Origin: Candidatus Thorarchaeota archaeon
Lineage (GTDB): Archaea > Asgardarchaeota > Heimdallarchaeia > Hodarchaeales > Hodarchaeaceae
Assembly: GCA_048882505.1 (NCBI GenBank)
Contig: JBHLRO010000010.1
Coordinates: 1 to 32,000 of the forward strand
Length of the DNA: 32,000 nt
Direction: 5' to 3'
The notes under the pieces were generated by a model. That model was not told the origin of the DNA and did not search any database. It was given only the letters and a program-made list of their open reading frames with translations. Made by a program: the position numbers and the translations under genes. Numbering within the stretch: position 1 is the first letter of the stretch; each line of letters opens with the position of its first letter. Of this stretch, positions 27,357 to 32,000 are shown piece by piece.

Positions 27357-27535
27357 TACAGTTCGCCTTCCACAGGAATCACTAGGTTACACGTCTCACA
27401 CAAATATCGATAGTTTCGTTCTTCCGTCAGAGTATCAAAATAGGTTTCTTTCGTAAAAGGTTGGTTGCAGATCCCGCAGCGCTCCCGTGTTTTTTGAACT
27501 CCTATTAATACCCCAGGTGGAGGCGGATTTTCCAT
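27353..27535 (-). CDS. Small CxxC...CxxC zinc-finger protein
   Basis: CGICNQPF...YLCETC; 4-nt overlap with the downstream TTG start. Confidence 0.6.
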   Translation of the reverse strand: MENPPPPGVLIGVQKTRERCGICNQPFTKETYFDTLTEERNYRYLCETCNLVIPVEGELY

Positions 27536-27723
27536 TTGAAATGACCACGGAATACAATATTCTCTGGTGTTATCTTGAGGTCTTCTTTAGTTATCCTGAA
27601 CGATTTACAATTGAAGCGATGACCCCACCCTCCCAGCTTTTGCAAGAGATCAATTTTCACGCGTCCTTGCGTATCTAAAACACAGATTTAGTAATCTTTT
27701 AGAAAAAAAGTTGATTTGAAAAT

Positions 27724-27930
27724 CTAATAATCTTCTTCTTGTTGCCTTTTCAGTTTTATCTGATGGGTTAAATAACCCGCAACGCGATTTCTAAATCGCT
27801 TTGAACGTGTTTTTGCAACCTTCGAGACAATGTCCTTATTGTGGTCAAAGTCCAACGTGAGGTGCGCCTCGTATTCCTTCATAATCTGGCGAGTGATTAT
27901 CTTGACAGCGCTCGTTCGAACTTTTCCCGT
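27724..27930 (-). CDS. rps17e: 30S ribosomal protein eS17, apparent ACG start (not in ORF track)
   Basis: Hand translation gives (M)GKVRTSAVKIITRQIMKEYEAHLTLDFDHNKDIVSKVAKTRSKRFRNRVAGYLTHQIKLKRQQEEDY*, with the eS17 motifs GKVRT, DFxxNK and SKRxRNRxAGYxT. Confidence 0.93.
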   Translation of the reverse strand, partial: TGKVRTSAVKIITRQIMKEYEAHLTLDFDHNKDIVSKVAKTRSKRFRNRVAGYLTHQIKLKRQQEEDY

Positions 27931-28034
27931 TGTTATAACACTCCATTTATTTCAAAGTGTAAGGAGTAGACGGTTCATTGGTGTTTACTCCCAGCTAGAA
28001 GACCCATTCTCTTATTTTTTAAATATACCACCCG

Positions 28035-28346
28035 CTAAGGCGGAAGGTTATGCGGATCAATGATAAGATTGAACTTTTCCGTAAAAGACTCATGATGGAC
28101 AGATAATTCCACCTCGGTTTTCGTCTCTGGAATTCGGACAACCCAGTTAACAAGAAACTCATTCCCGTCCCCAAGGTCGGGAAGAGCAATCACACTTTCT
28201 TGATTGGGGGCGAATTCCAAATCACCATGAATCCGAAATTCTAAATCTTTTAATGGAGCAAACTCCAATGGTTGTCTGATTACCCATACGACGATCAATC
28301 GATTATCAAAAAATCTTTCCAAGGTCGGTGGTGAAAATCGAGGCAC
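28035..28346 (-). CDS. Small uncharacterised beta-rich (Ig-like?) protein
   Basis: GTG start 7 nt after the upstream stop, with GAGG upstream. Alternating hydrophobic strands, LPDLGDGNEFLVNWVVR. Confidence 0.55.
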   Translation of the reverse strand: MPRFSPPTLERFFDNRLIVVWVIRQPLEFAPLKDLEFRIHGDLEFAPNQESVIALPDLGDGNEFLVNWVVRIPETKTEVELSVHHESFTEKFNLIIDPHNLPP

Positions 28347-28353
28347 GATAGGT

Positions 28354-29019
28354 CTATCCTCGGGTAAAGCTTGGAAAGAAAAGTGTGCCCTCCCGAGAAT
28401 TTATGATACATATCTTGTTTTGAGCCAGAAGTTCGATCAAATAATCGACCTTCGAGGTATCCCAGGGAACACGTTGGTATATTTCGTTTATTAAGATTTC
28501 ACCATAGGTGCTGATTCCCTCGTTTATCCACGCCAAAAAAGTATGGACATCTCTTGATAAGGTGAGCGGTTCGAATAAGAATCCCTGCTTAGATTTTCCG
28601 ATGATTCCCTGCTCATTCAGCATTTCAAGAGCAGCCTCTATGTCTTGGATATCCACCTCCCATCCAGGGTGATGTTTATGAAATGAAGATGTCAATCTAC
28701 TTAGACGAACGGGTTCCAGATTGACTCGTTGGTGGGCTAGCCCGTACGGGATTATTTCGGATGCTAAACGGTGGAAAAACTGTTCTCGTCCTAAAAAACG
28801 AGGCGTTTTGAACATTGATGCAGGCAATACAGAAACAGGGAGACCTACCTCACGTTTTAAGGTAAGTAGATAATTTCTCATATCATCTGGAAGATTCACT
28901 GGAATTTTGTTGGAATTTGCGCCCTCCCTCAACTTTTTCTCCGCATAGCGAATGCTCTCATCTTTCTGCTCTTTTAATTTTTTCCCTAATGCCTTAAAAC
29001 GGTCCCGGACGTCGTTCAT
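28354..29019 (-). CDS. ESCRT-II Vps22/Vps36-like (EAP30) protein
   Basis: N-terminal helix, then FFHRLASEII, VDIQDIEAALEML, PLTLSRD, GEILINEI..VPWD..KVDYLIELL..FFPSF. This follows the tandem winged-helix pattern of Vps22. Confidence 0.75.
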   Translation of the reverse strand: MNDVRDRFKALGKKLKEQKDESIRYAEKKLREGANSNKIPVNLPDDMRNYLLTLKREVGLPVSVLPASMFKTPRFLGREQFFHRLASEIIPYGLAHQRVNLEPVRLSRLTSSFHKHHPGWEVDIQDIEAALEMLNEQGIIGKSKQGFLFEPLTLSRDVHTFLAWINEGISTYGEILINEIYQRVPWDTSKVDYLIELLAQNKICIINSREGTLFFPSFTRG

Positions 29020-29140
29020 TGCAGGATTGCCTCATTGGCTTTGAGAGGGTCATTTCCATCCTCCATTAAAAACCAAATGGTTCTGGACTGTCATGCCTTC
29101 TTAGATAGGGAGAAACTACGTTTTAAGGGCCAGAGTATCT

Positions 29141-29479
29141 CTATTTTGTGAGATCTCCTCCGTGTTTCCGTCCCGCATGCTTTAGTAGGTATTCGATAGG
29201 GATATCTTGAAAACGCCCATCTGGGAGAGTTCGACGAACCAATATAGGGAGAAGACGTTGCCTAATCTCACGTTCTGCTATTAGTAACGGGTCCCCTTCT
29301 TCCTGCTTCACTTCCTCTGGCTCTGGGTTTACCTGTTCTTCGCTTACCTCAAAGGTAACGGGTGCGCCCATGGATATCTGTAATGCCCTGGCCCCTAATA
29401 TACGGGCATACTCAAAACGGGTGAGCATGCGTGGTCCAATCTTAATCTCCATTGAATTCCTGGTAACTGCCAGAGACAT
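29141..29479 (-). CDS. rpo6: DNA-directed RNA polymerase subunit Rpo6 (RpoK/RPB6)
   Basis: [44 protein letters not shown]. Confidence 0.96.
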   Translation of the reverse strand: MSLAVTRNSMEIKIGPRMLTRFEYARILGARALQISMGAPVTFEVSEEQVNPEPEEVKQEEGDPLLIAEREIRQRLLPILVRRTLPDGRFQDIPIEYLLKHAGRKHGGDLTK

Positions 29480-29619
29480 CAGCCCTACGACTTTTCTTCA
29501 TGAAAAAAAGAGCAAGAACGCCAAATTAGGCGCTGATATAAGATAGTTATTACGATTTTGTCGTTGATCTTTTGAGGTGACAAAAATCCCTGCTCATTTA
29601 ATTCCATGACAAGAATAAT

Positions 29620-29650
29620 AAAGAAAAAAGAAAGAAAAAAAGAGAAAAAG
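29620..29650 (-). terminator. Oligo-T-rich terminator of the thermosome genes
   Basis: Minus strand reads CTTTTTCTCTTTTTTTCTTTCTTTTTTCTTT starting ~17 nt after the stop. Confidence 0.6.
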
Positions 29651-29666
29651 ACTGAAGAGGAGTCAA

Positions 29667-31292
29667 CTAATCGAGATCGTCATCCATGCCGCCGTCGGGA
29701 CCGCCGGGACCTCCTGCAGGTCCGGCCGATGACTTGGCAGAGATGATATCGTCTATTCGTAGAACCATCTGAGCGTTTTCACTGGCCGCAGTTATGGCAT
29801 GGGTTTTGACACGGAGGGGCTCTACCACATCAGTCATGTTCCGAACCTTTCCCTTAAATACATCCACACCTGCTTTGTGGTTTCCACCTTCATGCTCAGC
29901 GCGGAGCGCAACAATGATGTCGATTGGATCCAGGCCAGCATTCTCTGCGAGAGTTCTGGGGATTATCTCTAGGGCGTCCGCAAAGGCCTGAACGGCTAAT
30001 TGTTCACGACCCACAAGTGATTCTGCAAATTTGTGCAGTTTTCGGCTTACATAAGCTTCGGGCGAACCTCCGCCTGTTACGATCTTTCGATCCTCTAATG
30101 CATTCCGCACAACGCAGATTGCGTCATGGATGGATCTTTCAGCTTCGTCTACAACGAGTTCAGTACCGCCACGGACCAAAATTGTCACAGCTTTGGCTTC
30201 AGGACAATCTTCTACGAAAACCATGTCGTCATCACCGACACTAGTCTCATATACTTTTCCTGCGGTTCCAAGATCATCGGCTGAGAGGTCCTTGATACTA
30301 TTAACAATTTTAGCGCCAGTTGCCTTACCAAGTTTTTCCATATCGGACTTTTTAACCCGTCGTACAGCCATGATCCCTTTTTTGGCCAGAAGATGTTGAG
30401 CAATGTCATCGATTCCCTTCTGGGCGAGTACTACTTGAGCACCCGATTCGTCAACCTTATCTACCATTTTTGCCAGCATGCCAGCTTCGCGGTCGAGAAA
30501 CTCTTGGATTTTTTCTGGATCTGTGATAGAGAGTTCTGAATCAAACTCAGTTTTTGATACCTCAAATGCTTCGGCAATTAGAGCGATTTTTGGATTTGTT
30601 AGGCTCTTGGGCATTCCTGCATGGACAACTTCTTTGTCTAACACAATTCCCTTGACCAACAGCGTAGATTCAAGATCTTCCCCTTCTTTTTTCTCCACTT
30701 TTATGTTTTCTATATCAATTTTGCCTGTTCCTTCGTCTACACTTTTCACTGCGTCTATAACCAACTTACCTAACATACCACTAGATCGAGACACTATTTT
30801 TGATCCCATGGTGGTTGTCACGATTTTGGAAAGTGAAGCATTGTCCTCTGGGGATATTTCCGTGGCAATCTCATTAAGAAGTTCTACTGCTTTCTCTGTG
30901 GCTAAACGATAACCTTCCACCAAGATCGTAGGATGGATTTTATCGCTTGTGATTAGATCGGAAGCTTTTTGGAGCAATTCGCCTGCAAGAATTACTACGG
31001 TTGTCGTTCCATCCCCAGCTTCTTGATCCTGCATTTTAGAAAGCTCAACCATCATTTTTCCGATCGGATGTGCTATATCGATCTCTTTCAGAATCGTAGC
31101 TCCATCGTTGGTTATTACCACGTCTCCGAAGTTGTCTAAAAGCATTTTGTCCATGCCTTTAGGCCCCAAGGCTGATCTGATTGCCTCAGAGATAATACGT
31201 GCGGCTGCAATATTGCTAGTGAGCGCGTCTCGTCCAGTAGTCCGAGAAGTATCTTCTTTTAGTATTAATACTGGTGTACCTTGAAAAGACAT
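29667..31292 (-). CDS. Thermosome subunit (group II chaperonin), acidic C-tail
   Basis: LGPKGMDKML, ITNDGATIL, GDGTTT, GGGSPE, LAENAGLDP, LRIDDII. Confidence 0.98.
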   Translation of the reverse strand: MSFQGTPVLILKEDTSRTTGRDALTSNIAAARIISEAIRSALGPKGMDKMLLDNFGDVVITNDGATILKEIDIAHPIGKMMVELSKMQDQEAGDGTTTVVILAGELLQKASDLITSDKIHPTILVEGYRLATEKAVELLNEIATEISPEDNASLSKIVTTTMGSKIVSRSSGMLGKLVIDAVKSVDEGTGKIDIENIKVEKKEGEDLESTLLVKGIVLDKEVVHAGMPKSLTNPKIALIAEAFEVSKTEFDSELSITDPEKIQEFLDREAGMLAKMVDKVDESGAQVVLAQKGIDDIAQHLLAKKGIMAVRRVKKSDMEKLGKATGAKIVNSIKDLSADDLGTAGKVYETSVGDDDMVFVEDCPEAKAVTILVRGGTELVVDEAERSIHDAICVVRNALEDRKIVTGGGSPEAYVSRKLHKFAESLVGREQLAVQAFADALEIIPRTLAENAGLDPIDIIVALRAEHEGGNHKAGVDVFKGKVRNMTDVVEPLRVKTHAITAASENAQMVLRIDDIISAKSSAGPAGGPGGPDGGMDDDLD

Positions 31293-31306
31293 TTTTGTTC
31301 CTCCGT

Positions 31307-32000
31307 CTACATCATTGGTGGCATGCCACCCATGCCACCCATACCGCCCATTCCGCCTGGGGGCATTCCTCCAGGGCCACCTGGGGGGCCTTCCATACTT
31401 TTACTCTGAATCACATCGTCAATTCGTAGTATTAGCTCTGCCGCTTCTCGGGCCGAGAATAGAGCTTGTCTCTTTACTCTTAGTGGTTCAATGATTCCCG
31501 CAGTATAGGCGTCCACATTCTTTCCTGTTTGCACATCGATTCCAGTATTCTTTTCACCTTTTTCATGAGCTGCTCGCAACTCAACTAGGACATCGATTGG
31601 ATCAAGACCTGCGTTTTCCGCAAGGGTACGGGGAATAATCTCAAGGGCGTCTGCAAATGCATCTACTGCCATCTGCTCACGGCCTTTGACCGATCCTGCA
31701 AACTCTTTCAGTCCGCGATACAATTCAACCTCAGGAGCGCCTGCGCCTGCTACGGCCCAGCCATCTTCAAGACAATCTCTTACTACACACAGAGCATCAT
31801 GGAGAGCGCGATCAGCTTCGTCAGTGACGTACTTTGTTCCTCCGCGGATCATAATCGAGACAGATTTGGGATTGGGACAATCACGTACGTATATGAGCTT
31901 ATCATCGCCAATCTGAACTTCTTCTATAAGTCCAGCAGATCCGAGATCATTAGCTGACAAGTCCTTAAGGTTTGTGACGATTCTTCCACCTGTTGCTTTG
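31307..32000 (-). CDS. Thermosome subunit, 5'-partial, GGM-repeat C-tail
   Basis: The frame is open to the window edge (KATGGRIVTNLKDLSANDLG), with AGAGAPE, LAENAGLDP, LRIDDVI and PPGGMGGMGGMGGMPPMM. Confidence 0.97.
   Translation of the reverse strand, partial: KATGGRIVTNLKDLSANDLGSAGLIEEVQIGDDKLIYVRDCPNPKSVSIMIRGGTKYVTDEADRALHDALCVVRDCLEDGWAVAGAGAPEVELYRGLKEFAGSVKGREQMAVDAFADALEIIPRTLAENAGLDPIDVLVELRAAHEKGEKNTGIDVQTGKNVDAYTAGIIEPLRVKRQALFSAREAAELILRIDDVIQSKSMEGPPGGPGGMPPGGMGGMGGMGGMPPMM

Noticed and set aside
27830-28063. 77-aa plus-strand ORF
   Set aside because: Antisense to the eS17 gene, which has clear family motifs.
29016-29066. 16-codon uORF (MEDGNDPLKANEAILQ) overlapping the Vps22-like start by ATGA
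   Set aside because: Too short to distinguish from chance without conservation or ribosome-profiling data.

Overview
A ~40% GC archaeal chromosomal segment, most likely from an Asgard archaeon. This assignment is inferred from an ESCRT-II Vps22/36-like gene, a longin-domain protein, eS25, archaeal LeuRS, DGGGP synthase and thermosomes. The left 5.2 kb is a single minus-strand ORF (<1..5153, at least 1717 aa, absent from the ORF track because it runs off the window). It encodes a giant secreted glycoprotein with beta-helix, Gly-rich and 100-aa Ig-like repeats. The rest is mostly housekeeping: Hsp20, LeuRS, a proteasome beta+alpha pair, SPFH, GNAT, DGGGPS, eS25, an HD hydrolase, an SHMT-like enzyme, TatD, GlpD, an alkyl-DHAP-synthase-like oxidase, eS17, Rpo6 and two thermosome subunits. 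The most unusual items are: (1) a fusion of the archaeal GluRS N-terminal domain to a Pol-beta nucleotidyltransferase plus helical bundle; (2) a 7-TM protein with a C-terminal longin domain; (3) an eS17 gene, also missed by the ORF track, whose only apparent start is ACG; (4) a GlpD/alkyl-DHAP-synthase pair in a genome that also has archaeal ether-lipid synthesis; (5) an orphan Vps22/36-like gene between rpo6 and eS17; (6) an SHMT homologue lacking folate-binding determinants. No rRNA, tRNA, CRISPR array or mobile element was found. All family assignments come from motif recognition by eye; no database search was run.
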